Positions 1-9,422 of a DNA stretch of 64,000 nucleotides are shown here, in pieces (the first letter of the stretch is position 1; each line of letters begins with the position of its first letter). The notes under the pieces were generated by a model. The model had not been told where the DNA came from, made no database searches, and saw only the letters and a program-made list of their open reading frames with translations. This DNA comes from an uncultured Candidatus Binatia bacterium. Its GTDB lineage: Bacteria > Desulfobacterota > Binatia > UBA9968 > JAJDTQ01. A program made the translations under genes and the position numbers. Location: contig OZ244070.1 of the NCBI GenBank assembly GCA_965215605.1, positions 128,001 to 192,000 of the forward strand. The letters run 5' to 3'.

Positions 1-102
1 CCATGTTTCCCCCTCGTGATTTTCCGTTCCGCCCGGGTCAGGGAATCGACCGAACTCCTCTCCCGTGGGCGTCTTTCGGTGATACCCGCACTGTCCGTGA
101 TT

Positions 103-150
103 GAGCCGTATTTAGTGCAGAACTACCACAATACCCACAACATATAGTGC
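103..150. promoter_or_regulatory. Tandem NrdR-box-like operators
   Basis: CCACAACATATAGTGC (135-150) fits the consensus acaCwAtATaTwGtgt; a weaker copy GAGCCGTATTTAGTGC (103-118) lies 32 bp away. Both are upstream of a minus-strand ATG at 4-2 that has a GAGGGGG RBS. Confidence 0.65.
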
Positions 151-264
151 TGTCAAGAACAACCTTCCGAGAAATTCCGGGCCGGGGGCTTGATGCCGCG
201 CCGCGCCTGCGGCTATGCTGAACCCTGTAACAGCCGCCCGCGCCCGGCGGCAGGCATTGGAACC

Positions 265-702
265 ATGGAACGACTCGGCGACATTCTCCACCGCACGGTG
301 CGGCGGCTGCCGCTCAAGCGGAAGCTCGACGACTACGCCATCTGGGATATCTGGGAAGAGACCGTGGGCGCCACGGTGGCCCGCAACGCCCGGCCCGAGA
401 AGATCCGCAACGGCACGCTCTTCGTCAAGGTCCGGGCCGCCGCCTGGATGCAGCAACTCCAGTACATGAAGGACATTCTCCTGGAAAAGCTCAACCAGCG
501 GCTTGAGCGCGAGGCGGTCCGGAACATCTTCTTCGTGGTCGGCGAGTTTCCGCTCGACACGCCGCCCGAAAGCCCGGAAGGGCCGGCCCCAGCGGTGGAC
601 ACCGCACGGCTGCCGGAACGCGAACTGGGCGGCATCGACGATCCCGAACTCCGGGATACCCTGCGGAGCCTGCTGCTGAACCACTTGCGGAAACGGGGGT
701 AG
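265..702 (+). CDS. DUF721 / DciA family protein
   Basis: MERLGDIL..WEETVG..ARNARP..IRNGTLFVKV..AAWMQQL..LLEKLN pattern. Confidence 0.8.
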   Translation: MERLGDILHRTVRRLPLKRKLDDYAIWDIWEETVGATVARNARPEKIRNGTLFVKVRAAAWMQQLQYMKDILLEKLNQRLEREAVRNIFFVVGEFPLDTPPESPEGPAPAVDTARLPERELGGIDDPELRDTLRSLLLNHLRKRG

Positions 703-761
703 GCTTCTGTGGACAAGGTATGGCCCATTCAAATTTGAACGCGCCATACCTTCACGCCGGC

Positions 762-1493
762 CTACCTCCCGGCCCTCAGCAATCCCGCCATCTCGTCCGT
801 GTACTCGTCCTCCCGCCGATAGATGACCAGCGGAGGCAGCACCGTCAGGCTCGGGCGGGCGCCCTTGACGCCCTCGGCGAGGACCAGGGCGGCGGGGTCG
901 CCGGCAAACGAATGCACGAACCGCGCGCGCCTGGGCTCGAGGCCGTGCTGGCGCATGGCCGAGAACAGATCCACCGCCCTTTCCGACGGATAGACCAGAT
1001 ACATCCGTCCCCGGTGCCGCAGCAGCCATGCCCCGGCGCGAAGGAAGTCCGCCAGCGTTCCCTCCACCTCGTGCCGGGCCACCAGCCGCTCCCGGTCGGG
1101 ATTCACCCGGCCGCTCCGGCGCGCCCGGTACGGCGGATTGCACACCGCCGCGTCGAAGCTCCCGGACGTTAGCTCCGTTGCCAGGTCGCGCACGTCCCCC
1201 CGCACCATGCGGACCCGTTCCCCGAGGCCGTTCAGCACCGCGGCCCGAGCCGCCCGGTCGACCATGTCCTCCTGCAGTTCCACGCCCACGGCCTCCACCC
1301 CGCCCTTCAGCACCGCAAGTGACAGGGCAAGAACGCCATTGCCGGTCCCGAGGTCGACGATCCGCTCCCGCCCGCGCACCTCCACGAAACGCGCCAGCAA
1401 TAGCGAGTCCAGCGCGAACCGGTAGCCCCCGCGCCGCTGAATGACGGCGACGCGGCCGTCGAACACCCTGTCGATGGTTTCCCGTGTGTTCAT
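762..1493 (-). CDS. tRNA1(Val) adenine(37)-N6 methyltransferase family (YfiC/TrmN6)
   Basis: GYRFALDSLLLARF, DLGTGNG SAM motif, NPPY, ARHE. Confidence 0.85.
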   Translation of the reverse strand: MNTRETIDRVFDGRVAVIQRRGGYRFALDSLLLARFVEVRGRERIVDLGTGNGVLALSLAVLKGGVEAVGVELQEDMVDRAARAAVLNGLGERVRMVRGDVRDLATELTSGSFDAAVCNPPYRARRSGRVNPDRERLVARHEVEGTLADFLRAGAWLLRHRGRMYLVYPSERAVDLFSAMRQHGLEPRRARFVHSFAGDPAALVLAEGVKGARPSLTVLPPLVIYRREDEYTDEMAGLLRAGR

Positions 1494-1557
1494 GGCGAGG
1501 CTGCGGCCTTACGGTAGTTGGCCGATCCGGATTTCTCGTCTATCCTGTTGGAATTCG

Positions 1558-2328
1558 ATGATCGCACTCCTCGCAAACATCGGCGGACGGACCCTTAGCT
1601 ACCTGGCGGGCATGGGCGCGGGCGTGACCTTTCTCGGCTCCGCCCTGGCCTGGGCGGCGCGGCCGCCCGCCAAGATCCGTCTCATCATACAACAAATCCG
1701 CGCCATCGGGGTGGACTCGCTGCTGGTGGTGCTGCTCTCCGGCCTCTTCACCGGCATGGTGCTGGGGCTCCAGGGGTACTACAGCCTGCGGCAGTTCAAC
1801 GCCGAGAGCTTCCTGGGCGCGATGGTGGCCCTGAGCCTGCTGCGGGAGCTCGGTCCGGTGCTGTCCGCCTTCATGGTCACCGGCAGGACCGGCTCCGCCA
1901 TGGCGGCGGAGCTGGCCTCCATGCGGGTCACCGAGCAGATCGACGCCATGCATTCCATGGCCCTCAATCCGGTCAAGTACCTGGTGTCGCCCCGCGTCGT
2001 CGCGGGCGTCATCGCCATGCCGCTCCTGACCAGCATATTCAACGTCATCGGCATCTGGGGCGCCTACCTCGTCGGCGTCGGCCTGCTGGACCTGGGCTCG
2101 GGCAGCTACATCTCCGGCATGGAACAGGCCGTGCAACTCCGTGACGTGGTCGAAGGGCTGATCAAGTCCGCAACCTTCGGGCTCATCATTTCCTGGGTGT
2201 GCTGCTACAAGGGGTTCCATGCGCTCCCCATGGCCACGGGGGTGGGCCGGGCCACCACCGAAGCGGTGGTGCTCTCGTTCGTCCTGATTCTGGTGTCGGA
2301 CTACTTCCTCACCTCGGTGATGCTGTAG
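1558..2328 (+). CDS. mlaE: MlaE family ABC permease
   Basis: RELGPVL, GRTGSAMAAELASMRVTEQIDAM, GVGRATT. Confidence 0.92.
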   Translation: MIALLANIGGRTLSYLAGMGAGVTFLGSALAWAARPPAKIRLIIQQIRAIGVDSLLVVLLSGLFTGMVLGLQGYYSLRQFNAESFLGAMVALSLLRELGPVLSAFMVTGRTGSAMAAELASMRVTEQIDAMHSMALNPVKYLVSPRVVAGVIAMPLLTSIFNVIGIWGAYLVGVGLLDLGSGSYISGMEQAVQLRDVVEGLIKSATFGLIISWVCCYKGFHALPMATGVGRATTEAVVLSFVLILVSDYFLTSVML

Positions 2329-2337
2329 GGGCCTGTC

Positions 2338-3084
2338 ATGATCGAAGTCATCGACGTCCACAAGAACTTCTCCCATCAGGAGGTCCTCAAGGGCACCAAC
2401 CTGACCATCGAGGAGGGCGGCATCACGACGATCATCGGCGGCAGCGGCTCCGGCAAGACCGTGCTGCTGAAGACCATGATCGCGCTGCTGCTCCCCGACC
2501 GGGGACAGGTCCGGGTGGACGGGACGGACATCACCCGGCTGGGAGAGAAACCCCTTAACGAAGTCCGGCAGAAGTTCGGCTTCCTGTTCCAGGGCGCCGC
2601 GCTGCTGGATTCCATGACGATCTTCGACAACGTGGCCTTCCCGCTGCGGGAAAGGACGCCGCTCGGCGAGGACGCCATCGGCGCCAAGGTCAGGGAGCGG
2701 CTGGATCAGGTGGGGCTCAAGGACATGGGCTACAAGTACCCGGCGGAAGTGAGCGGCGGCATGAAGAAACGGGCCGGATTCGCCCGGGCGCTGGTGACCG
2801 ACCCGGAGATCGTGCTGTTCGACGAGCCCACCACCGGCCTCGATCCGCTGCTGGGCAAGAGCATCCACCAACTCATCGCGGACATGCAAAGCCGGGTCGG
2901 GTTCACGGGCGTGGTCGTGAGCCACGACATTCCGGCAGTCTTTACAATATCCCACCGCGTGGCTATGTTGGCCGATGGAGTGATCGCCGACAGCGGCCCC
3001 ACCGAGGAGTTCCTCAAGTCATCCAACCCGGCGGTACGGCGGTTCCTGAACAGCGACGCATCGGAAGCGACGGACGCGGTATGA
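2338..3084 (+). CDS. mlaF: MlaF family ABC ATPase
   Basis: Walker A GGSGSGKT, SGGMKKR signature, FDEPTTGLDP. Confidence 0.9.
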   Translation: MIEVIDVHKNFSHQEVLKGTNLTIEEGGITTIIGGSGSGKTVLLKTMIALLLPDRGQVRVDGTDITRLGEKPLNEVRQKFGFLFQGAALLDSMTIFDNVAFPLRERTPLGEDAIGAKVRERLDQVGLKDMGYKYPAEVSGGMKKRAGFARALVTDPEIVLFDEPTTGLDPLLGKSIHQLIADMQSRVGFTGVVVSHDIPAVFTISHRVAMLADGVIADSGPTEEFLKSSNPAVRRFLNSDASEATDAV

Positions 3085-3536
3085 ACCACAGAGCTACGGA
3101 AATCATCGTGGGGACCTTCGTGGTGGCGGGCCTCCTCTGCCTGGGCTACCTCGCCATCAAACTCGGCAAGCTCGACGCCTTCGGCAATTCCGGATACGTG
3201 CTGTACGCCGACTTCGCCAGCGTGGCCGGACTCCGGCGCGGGGACGTGGTGGAGATCGCCGGCGTCAGCGTCGGCCGGGTGGATTCCATGGCCCTGGTGG
3301 AAGACCGCGCGCGCCTGACCCTGCGGATCAACCCGGGCGTGGCCGTCCAGGAAGACGCCATCGCCTCCGTCCGGGCCAGGGGCCTCATCGGCGACAAGTT
3401 CATCTCCATCTCGCCGGGCGCGTCCGACCGGATCATCCCGTCCGGCGGCAAGATCCGCGAGACCGAGTCGCCGCCCGACATCACCGACCTCATCGGCAAG
3501 ATGATCGGCGGCAACGTCACGGAAGGCGCGCCCTAG
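3081..3536 (+). CDS. mlaD: MlaD (MCE-domain) protein
   Basis: N-terminal TM, GL..GD.V.IAGV.VGRV, GLIGDKFISISPG; ATGA overlap with mlaF. Confidence 0.9.
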   Translation: MNHRATEIIVGTFVVAGLLCLGYLAIKLGKLDAFGNSGYVLYADFASVAGLRRGDVVEIAGVSVGRVDSMALVEDRARLTLRINPGVAVQEDAIASVRARGLIGDKFISISPGASDRIIPSGGKIRETESPPDITDLIGKMIGGNVTEGAP

Positions 3537-3542
3537 CGTCGC

Positions 3543-4844
3543 ATGCCCTTCAAGAACGTCATTCAAAACTGCCGGAGCTATCTTTCGTTCCACGGCTGGC
3601 GGATGGTGCTGGTGGGCTGCCTCTTCCGGTTTCTCGGCGGCGGCTTCCACTTCTACGGCTTTACCGTCTTCGTCTCGCCGCTGGAAAAAGACCTGGGCAT
3701 CACTCGCCGCGCCACCAACCTCATATTCGGTCTGGCCCGGGCCGAGGGCGCCATCGAAGGCCCTCTCGCGGGATATCTCATCGACCGTATCGGGCCGCGG
3801 CCCATCATGATGATCGCGGTCCTGCTCACCGGCCTGGGTTACATCGTGTGCTCCTGGGTCGAGTCCTACTGGGCCTTCCTGGTCATCTACCTGGGGGTGG
3901 TCTCGCTGGCCTTCGGCGCCGGCTTCATGCACTGCCCGATGGTGCTGGCCAATAGCTGGTTCGTCCGTTTCCGCGCCAGGGCCATGGCGCTGGTGAGCTG
4001 CTCCATCGGCATCGGCGGCGCCTTGCTGGCGCCGGTACTTGCATACGTGGTCTACTACTTCGGCTGGCGTTGGGGGATGGTGTTCGCCGGCACCGTGTTC
4101 CTCGCGCTGGGCACGCCGCTGGCGGCCGTGGTGCGGCGATCGCCCGAGGACATGGGGTTGGTGCCGGACGGCGACTATGCCGCGCGCACCTCTCAAACCT
4201 CGGACCGGCCGTCAGCCGGCGGCGTGGCGGCGGCCGAGCCCGACGTAGGCATCTGGGAGGCCCTTCGCGGCGCTCCTTTCTGGCTCCTCGTCGCTTCGAC
4301 TCTCTTCCGGGTGTTGGGCCTCAGCACCGTCATCGTCAATTTCGTGCAAATCCTCGAATGGAAAGGCGTGGGAGCCCTGGCGGCAAGCTGGTTCCTGGGC
4401 GTATTCGCGGCGCTGTCCCTTCCGACGCACCTCGCGGTGGGCTGGCTGGCGGACCGGCTGGACAAGGCGAGGGTCATGGCCGTCTGCATGCTGATCGCCG
4501 CCGCCGCCCTGGTGCTGCTCACCTACTCCCGGGGCACGCTGTTGATCTGGCTCTTCCTTCCCCTGTTCTCCCTCGTGGAAGCCGTCTTTCCGGTGACATG
4601 GGCCATGGTCGGGGAGTTGTATGGCCGCCGCAGCTTCGCCAAGGTGCGCGGCAACATGGGCTTCTTCTACCAATGGGGCGGCATGATCGGACCCTACCTG
4701 GCGGGCGCCATCTACGACGCGACCCACAGCTACAAGCCCGCGCTCCTGGGGATGGCCGGCCTGTACGTGCTCTCGGCCGTCCTCTACCTGCTGCTCGGCA
4801 GGACCCGGCTCGCACGGATGCGGGCCGCCTCCCAGGCCTCGTAG
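3543..4844 (+). CDS. MFS transporter (OFA/MCT-like)
   Basis: About 12 hydrophobic segments; GYLIDRIGPR and GWLADRLDK motifs. Confidence 0.85.
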   Translation: MPFKNVIQNCRSYLSFHGWRMVLVGCLFRFLGGGFHFYGFTVFVSPLEKDLGITRRATNLIFGLARAEGAIEGPLAGYLIDRIGPRPIMMIAVLLTGLGYIVCSWVESYWAFLVIYLGVVSLAFGAGFMHCPMVLANSWFVRFRARAMALVSCSIGIGGALLAPVLAYVVYYFGWRWGMVFAGTVFLALGTPLAAVVRRSPEDMGLVPDGDYAARTSQTSDRPSAGGVAAAEPDVGIWEALRGAPFWLLVASTLFRVLGLSTVIVNFVQILEWKGVGALAASWFLGVFAALSLPTHLAVGWLADRLDKARVMAVCMLIAAAALVLLTYSRGTLLIWLFLPLFSLVEAVFPVTWAMVGELYGRRSFAKVRGNMGFFYQWGGMIGPYLAGAIYDATHSYKPALLGMAGLYVLSAVLYLLLGRTRLARMRAASQAS

Positions 4845-4878
4845 CCGGACGCCTTCATCCCCCCACCGGACCGCCAAC

Positions 4879-5742
4879 TCATCCTCCCAGTGAGATGGCC
4901 GCGGTGCCCGTGATGACGCAGACGGCGCCGGCGATCGTCTGGGGCCGGACCTGCTCCAGGTCCCGGAGGAAGATGACGGTTCCCAGCAGCACCCACAGCG
5001 GGCTGATGCCCACCAGCGGGGAGACCGTAATCACGCTGCCGATGCCCAGGGCGGTGATCACCAACAGGATACCGCAGGTCTCGGCGGTTCCGGCCGCCAG
5101 GAATGGCAGCATGGCGCGCCGGTGCCACACCAGCGGCTCACGGCTGAACGGGGTGTAGACGAGGAAACACGCGAGCGAGACGACCCCCACCAGGGCGGCA
5201 AAGAACAACGGCTCGTGGGAAATGGACAGCGCGTAGCGGCGCATGGGATGGACGATGCCCGCCAGCAGCGCGGCGGTGAGCGGGAACAGGAATTCCCACC
5301 AGCGGAACGACCGCACCTCCGCGGCCCGCTTCCAGGTGATGAGCACGATGCCGCACACCACCGAGACCACGCCGGCGAGGATCACCAGGTTGGCGTTCTC
5401 GCCCAGCACCATGATGGCGATGCACACGCCGAACATGGGATGCGTCGACCGGATGGGGCCGCTGCGGGCGGCGCCGACCCTTTGCACGCCGGTGTAGGTG
5501 CACAGGCGGATGATGGGCTGGAGCATGCCGGCGACGACGAAAACGTAGACCGCCACGGCATCCACCCGGGGAATCCCGCCGGTGAGAAACACCGCGGTCC
5601 AGGTGCTGACCGTGTGGACGATCAGCGAGATCAGGGTCACGGTCTTGGGAGTCGAGAACTGCATGCCCCGGCGCGAGGTCACCAGCACGCAGGCATAGGA
5701 CAGGGAGGCGCAGAGGGCGATGACCTGGGGAGGTATGGACAT
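4879..5742 (-). CDS. DMT/EamA family transporter
   Basis: 287 aa, about 10 TM segments in two repeats, VLGE motif. Confidence 0.8.
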   Translation of the reverse strand: MSIPPQVIALCASLSYACVLVTSRRGMQFSTPKTVTLISLIVHTVSTWTAVFLTGGIPRVDAVAVYVFVVAGMLQPIIRLCTYTGVQRVGAARSGPIRSTHPMFGVCIAIMVLGENANLVILAGVVSVVCGIVLITWKRAAEVRSFRWWEFLFPLTAALLAGIVHPMRRYALSISHEPLFFAALVGVVSLACFLVYTPFSREPLVWHRRAMLPFLAAGTAETCGILLVITALGIGSVITVSPLVGISPLWVLLGTVIFLRDLEQVRPQTIAGAVCVITGTAAISLGG

Positions 5743-5765
5743 GTCGGGGCGTTCTCTCCCGCGGA

Positions 5766-6164
5766 CTATTCCCGGGAGACACCGGAACCGGAGTCCGGCC
5801 CGCCCTCCAGAGACAGCCGCGGGAGGCGCAACTCGGGAACCGCGCCCCTACTGGCGAACCACGCTTCGAGTGCGTTCAGATCGGCTCCGACGTTGGCCAG
5901 AAAATCCGTCACGTCGACGCCCAGACAGGCCGGCCGGTAGGGTTCGATCCTCCGAACGCCCGCGCGCAGCAGCTTGAGCGTGCCCAGCGGCACCTCCTGC
6001 TGCCACTTGAAGTAACCCGCGGCCACCTGAATAATGCCTTGGTAGAACTCGCGCTCGGGGCCGTGGTCCTCGAGCCAGATCTCCTCCAGGGTCTCGTGAG
6101 CCTGGTAGAAGAGTCCGCGGTTGAACTCGTCGATGCCCTTGAGGAAACGCGGATCGTGTTCCAT
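5766..6164 (-). CDS. DUF309 domain protein
   Basis: FNRGLFYQAHETLEEIW..FYQGIIQVAAG. Confidence 0.85.
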   Translation of the reverse strand: MEHDPRFLKGIDEFNRGLFYQAHETLEEIWLEDHGPEREFYQGIIQVAAGYFKWQQEVPLGTLKLLRAGVRRIEPYRPACLGVDVTDFLANVGADLNALEAWFASRGAVPELRLPRLSLEGGPDSGSGVSRE

Positions 6165-6333
6165 GGCGTGAAGGCGGCCTCCCATGCCGCGCGGCGACAA
6201 GCCGCTTGAACCCTCAATACGTAGCCGATATCAATGACTTGTCAAAGGAACACGGAGCCCACTGTCGCCGGCGGTGACGCGGCATTGCACCGCCTCTCAT
6301 GTCCGTTGGGGTGAGTCGTCCGGAAACAACGCA

Positions 6334-7626
6334 ATGACGGACTACCCCATCCTCACCATCGATTCCCTGATTCACGGCCCCTGGGGGCTCGGGCGGGACC
6401 AGGGCAAGGTGGTCCTGGTCCCCATGACGGCACCGGGCGACCAGGTGTCGGCGGAAGTGGTGGAGGAGCACAAGCGGCACTCGGTGGCCCGGACGGTGTC
6501 GCTCCTGCGCCCGTCGCCCGTACGCCGGGAACCGCCCTGCCCCTACGCCGGGACCTGCGGCGGCTGCGCATGGCAGCAGGTGTCCTACGAGGCGCAACTC
6601 CACGCCAAGCAGCAAAACGTCGCCGACGCCCTGGCCCGGGTCGGGGGCATCAGCGGCTTCGATCCCCTGCCCATCCTGCCCGCGTCGCAGGAGTTCCACT
6701 ACCGGCGGCGCATCGCTCTCCAGGTCGACGACCGCCGCAGGCTCGGGTTCCGCCGCGCGTTTTCGCGGGAGTTGGTGGAGGTGGACCATTGCCTCATCGC
6801 CGACCCGGACGCGGACCGCGGCATTCCGCTGGCGGCCGAATGGGTCGCACGGCTGGAAACCGAAGTCACGAGAGTCGAGATACTGAGCGGCGACCGCCCG
6901 GGCGAGGTGGTCCTGTCGGCCACCGCCCGCCACCGGCCGGGCGGCGCCGACGAACGTGCCTGCGAGGCGTCCGTAGCCGGCCCGGTGACGGGAATCGTCA
7001 TGGCGGGCCAAGGCTGGCGCCGGCAGTGGGGCGACACCACCGTCTCCTTCGTGGTGGACGGCGATCTGACATTGCGGCACGACGCCGGCACCTTCGGACA
7101 GGTCAACCCGGCGGGCAACCGGAAGCTGGTGGACGAGCTGCTTTCATGGGGCGCGTGGGGCGCGGAGGACAGCGTCCTGGAGCTCTACGCCGGCGCCGGC
7201 AACCTGACGCTTCCCGTGGCGCGCCGGGTCCAGCGGGTGATGGCGGTGGAAGGCCGCCGGCGACTTGTCGAGAACGGCAGGCGCAACGTCGCGGACAACG
7301 GTATCCGCAACATACGGTGGCGGGGGCAGGATGCCCTGGCGGCGGTGGAGGATTTCATCCGCCGCGGGCGCCGCTTCAACACCCTGGTACTCAATCCTCC
7401 CCGGGCCGGGGCCAAGGTGCTGGCCCCTAAACTGGCCGCGCTGGGGGCGGAAAGAATCCTTTACGTCTCGTGCGATCCGGCGACGCTGGCGCGGGACCTT
7501 CGTCAGATTACCGCCACGGGCTACACCCTGCGCCGGGTCCGCCCGGTGGATCTCTTTCCGCAGACCTTCCACGTCGAAACGTTGGCCGAACTGATCGCTT
7601 CCAAGCCGTCCGACCCGTCCACGTAG
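6334..7626 (+). CDS. rlmD: 23S rRNA (uracil-C5)-methyltransferase, TRAM domain (RlmD/RumA family)
   Basis: TRAM N-terminus, CPYAGTCGGC Fe-S motif, ELYAGAG, NPPRAG, YVSCDPATLARD, DLFPQTFHVE. Confidence 0.88.
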   Translation: MTDYPILTIDSLIHGPWGLGRDQGKVVLVPMTAPGDQVSAEVVEEHKRHSVARTVSLLRPSPVRREPPCPYAGTCGGCAWQQVSYEAQLHAKQQNVADALARVGGISGFDPLPILPASQEFHYRRRIALQVDDRRRLGFRRAFSRELVEVDHCLIADPDADRGIPLAAEWVARLETEVTRVEILSGDRPGEVVLSATARHRPGGADERACEASVAGPVTGIVMAGQGWRRQWGDTTVSFVVDGDLTLRHDAGTFGQVNPAGNRKLVDELLSWGAWGAEDSVLELYAGAGNLTLPVARRVQRVMAVEGRRRLVENGRRNVADNGIRNIRWRGQDALAAVEDFIRRGRRFNTLVLNPPRAGAKVLAPKLAALGAERILYVSCDPATLARDLRQITATGYTLRRVRPVDLFPQTFHVETLAELIASKPSDPST

Positions 7627-7773
7627 CTGAACGAATGAGCCGTTTTTCGGGGGGTTACGGTTTGTATGTACATCTCTACTTGAAAGGAAATCGTGGCCGG
7701 GACGCGCCGTTACCCAAACTTCAGGGTTGAGTTGCGGACTCCAACTGGTGTAGAGTGTGCCGGGGAGGAAGAA

Positions 7774-8019
7774 ATGACCCAGCCGAAGAAAAGGGTAACT
7801 CCGAAGGTCACCATCATCGACAGCAACGGCGCCAGCCAGACGATCAACTACCTGCTCGAAGACCGGGACGAGCTCGAATGGCTGATGGCGGTGGGACGGA
7901 ACAAGAACGGTGACATCTTCTTTTACGACACCGGCGGCGACATTCTCCATGATCTCGGAGCGCTGGAGTACGTAAAGGAGCGGATTCTCAGGGACTACTT
8001 CGGCGAAATGGACGAGTAA
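7774..8019 (+). CDS. Small acidic hypothetical protein (81 aa)
   Basis: GGAGGA RBS, host-like codon usage, globular composition. Confidence 0.7.
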   Translation: MTQPKKRVTPKVTIIDSNGASQTINYLLEDRDELEWLMAVGRNKNGDIFFYDTGGDILHDLGALEYVKERILRDYFGEMDE

Positions 8020-8047
8020 CCACTCCTGACGGCGGTGGCGGCGGGGC

Positions 8048-9412
8048 TCAGCGGTCCGGCTTCGCGGAACCCTGAAGACGCATCCACAGGAAGGCCGCGG
8101 CCGCCACGACCATCACCGCACTGAGATACTGCCCCCGGGACAGTCCCAGCGCCAGCCCCAGATGGGCGTCGGGTTCACGGAAGAACTCCACCATGAACCG
8201 GACGGCGCCGTAGCCGCCGATGAACGCCCAGGTCACGACGCCGTGTGCCCGCACCCGCGTTCCCAACCACAACAGCAGCGCCAGTAGAACCGCCCCCTCG
8301 AGAAACGCCTCGTAGAGCTGGGAGGGATGGCGCGGCAAGGGACCGCCGCCGGGAAAGACCATCGCCCACGGCACCTCCGTGGCGCGGCCGTACAACTCCC
8401 CGTTGATGAAGTTGCCGAGCCGGCCGAGTCCCAGGCCAAGGGGCGCGGCGGCGATGATGCAGTCCGCCGCGGGATAGAACGGCAAACCCTGCTTGCGCAC
8501 GTACCACCATCCCGCGAGCAGCGCCCCCAGCATGCCGCCGTGAAAGGACATGCCGCCGTGCCAAAAGGCGAAGATCTGTGACGGAGAGGCCAGATAATAC
8601 GAGAGATTATAGAAGATCACGTAGCCCAACCGGCCGCCCAGAACCACGCCGATGGCCACGTAGCTGATGAGCTCCACCAGTTGCTCGCTGCCGAGAGCGA
8701 GGCCTCTCCGGCGGGCCAGCCACAGGGCAATGAAATAGCCGCCGACGAACCCGAACAGGTACATGAGGCCGTACCACCGCACCGACAGCGGCCCGACCCG
8801 GAACGCCACGGGGTCGATGCGGGGAAAGGACCACGGCGCCGCCTCCACGGCTCCCCTGTCCACGACGGCCGTGCTCTCGATCTTCCCGTCCCCGAGCAGC
8901 GCGGCCACCAGCTCGCGCACGTCGTCCTTGTACCAGTCCTTGTATCCGATGGCCTTGGCGATGACCTCGCCCTTGCGTCCGATCAGCACGGACACCGGCA
9001 GCCGCATCACTCCGTACTGCTCGGCGATGTCGGCCTGTCTGTCCAGCAGCATCGGATAGGTCAGCTTCTGTTCGTCCGCGAACGCCCGCACCAGGTCTGG
9101 GGACTCCATGAAGTTCACCGCCACCACCTCCAGCCCCTTGCCGCGGAACTCCTGGTAGAGCCGCTCCATGGCCGGCATCTCCAGACGGCAGGGAGGGCAC
9201 CACGTCGCCCAGAAGTTCAGCAGCACCAGCTTGCCCCGGAAGGACGCGGCGTCGACACGGTTTCCGGCCGCGTCCTCGGTGGTGAAGCCGGGTGATTCGA
9301 CGAAGCCTTCCTGCACGAGGAAGCCGAGCTTCTTCAGGCGATCGTCCGCCGCCGCGCCCACGACCGCCGGGCAAAGCGCGATGAGAAGCAATGCGAGCAG
9401 ACAGCGTTTCAT
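8048..9412 (-). CDS. lgt: Fusion of a TlpA/ResA-like thiol-disulfide oxidoreductase and prolipoprotein diacylglyceryl transferase
   Basis: Signal peptide, LNFWATWCPPCRLEMP, then DPVAF..RWYGLMY, GGMSFHGG, LGRLGNFINGELYGR, HPSQLYE, VEFFREPD in one uninterrupted frame. Confidence 0.9.
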   Translation of the reverse strand: MKRCLLALLLIALCPAVVGAAADDRLKKLGFLVQEGFVESPGFTTEDAAGNRVDAASFRGKLVLLNFWATWCPPCRLEMPAMERLYQEFRGKGLEVVAVNFMESPDLVRAFADEQKLTYPMLLDRQADIAEQYGVMRLPVSVLIGRKGEVIAKAIGYKDWYKDDVRELVAALLGDGKIESTAVVDRGAVEAAPWSFPRIDPVAFRVGPLSVRWYGLMYLFGFVGGYFIALWLARRRGLALGSEQLVELISYVAIGVVLGGRLGYVIFYNLSYYLASPSQIFAFWHGGMSFHGGMLGALLAGWWYVRKQGLPFYPAADCIIAAAPLGLGLGRLGNFINGELYGRATEVPWAMVFPGGGPLPRHPSQLYEAFLEGAVLLALLLWLGTRVRAHGVVTWAFIGGYGAVRFMVEFFREPDAHLGLALGLSRGQYLSAVMVVAAAAFLWMRLQGSAKPDR

Positions 9413-9422
9413 GACCGTATGG

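Noticed and set aside
1558-3536. mlaEFD without mlaC/mlaB as a novel system
   Set aside because: Split mla loci are common outside Gammaproteobacteria.
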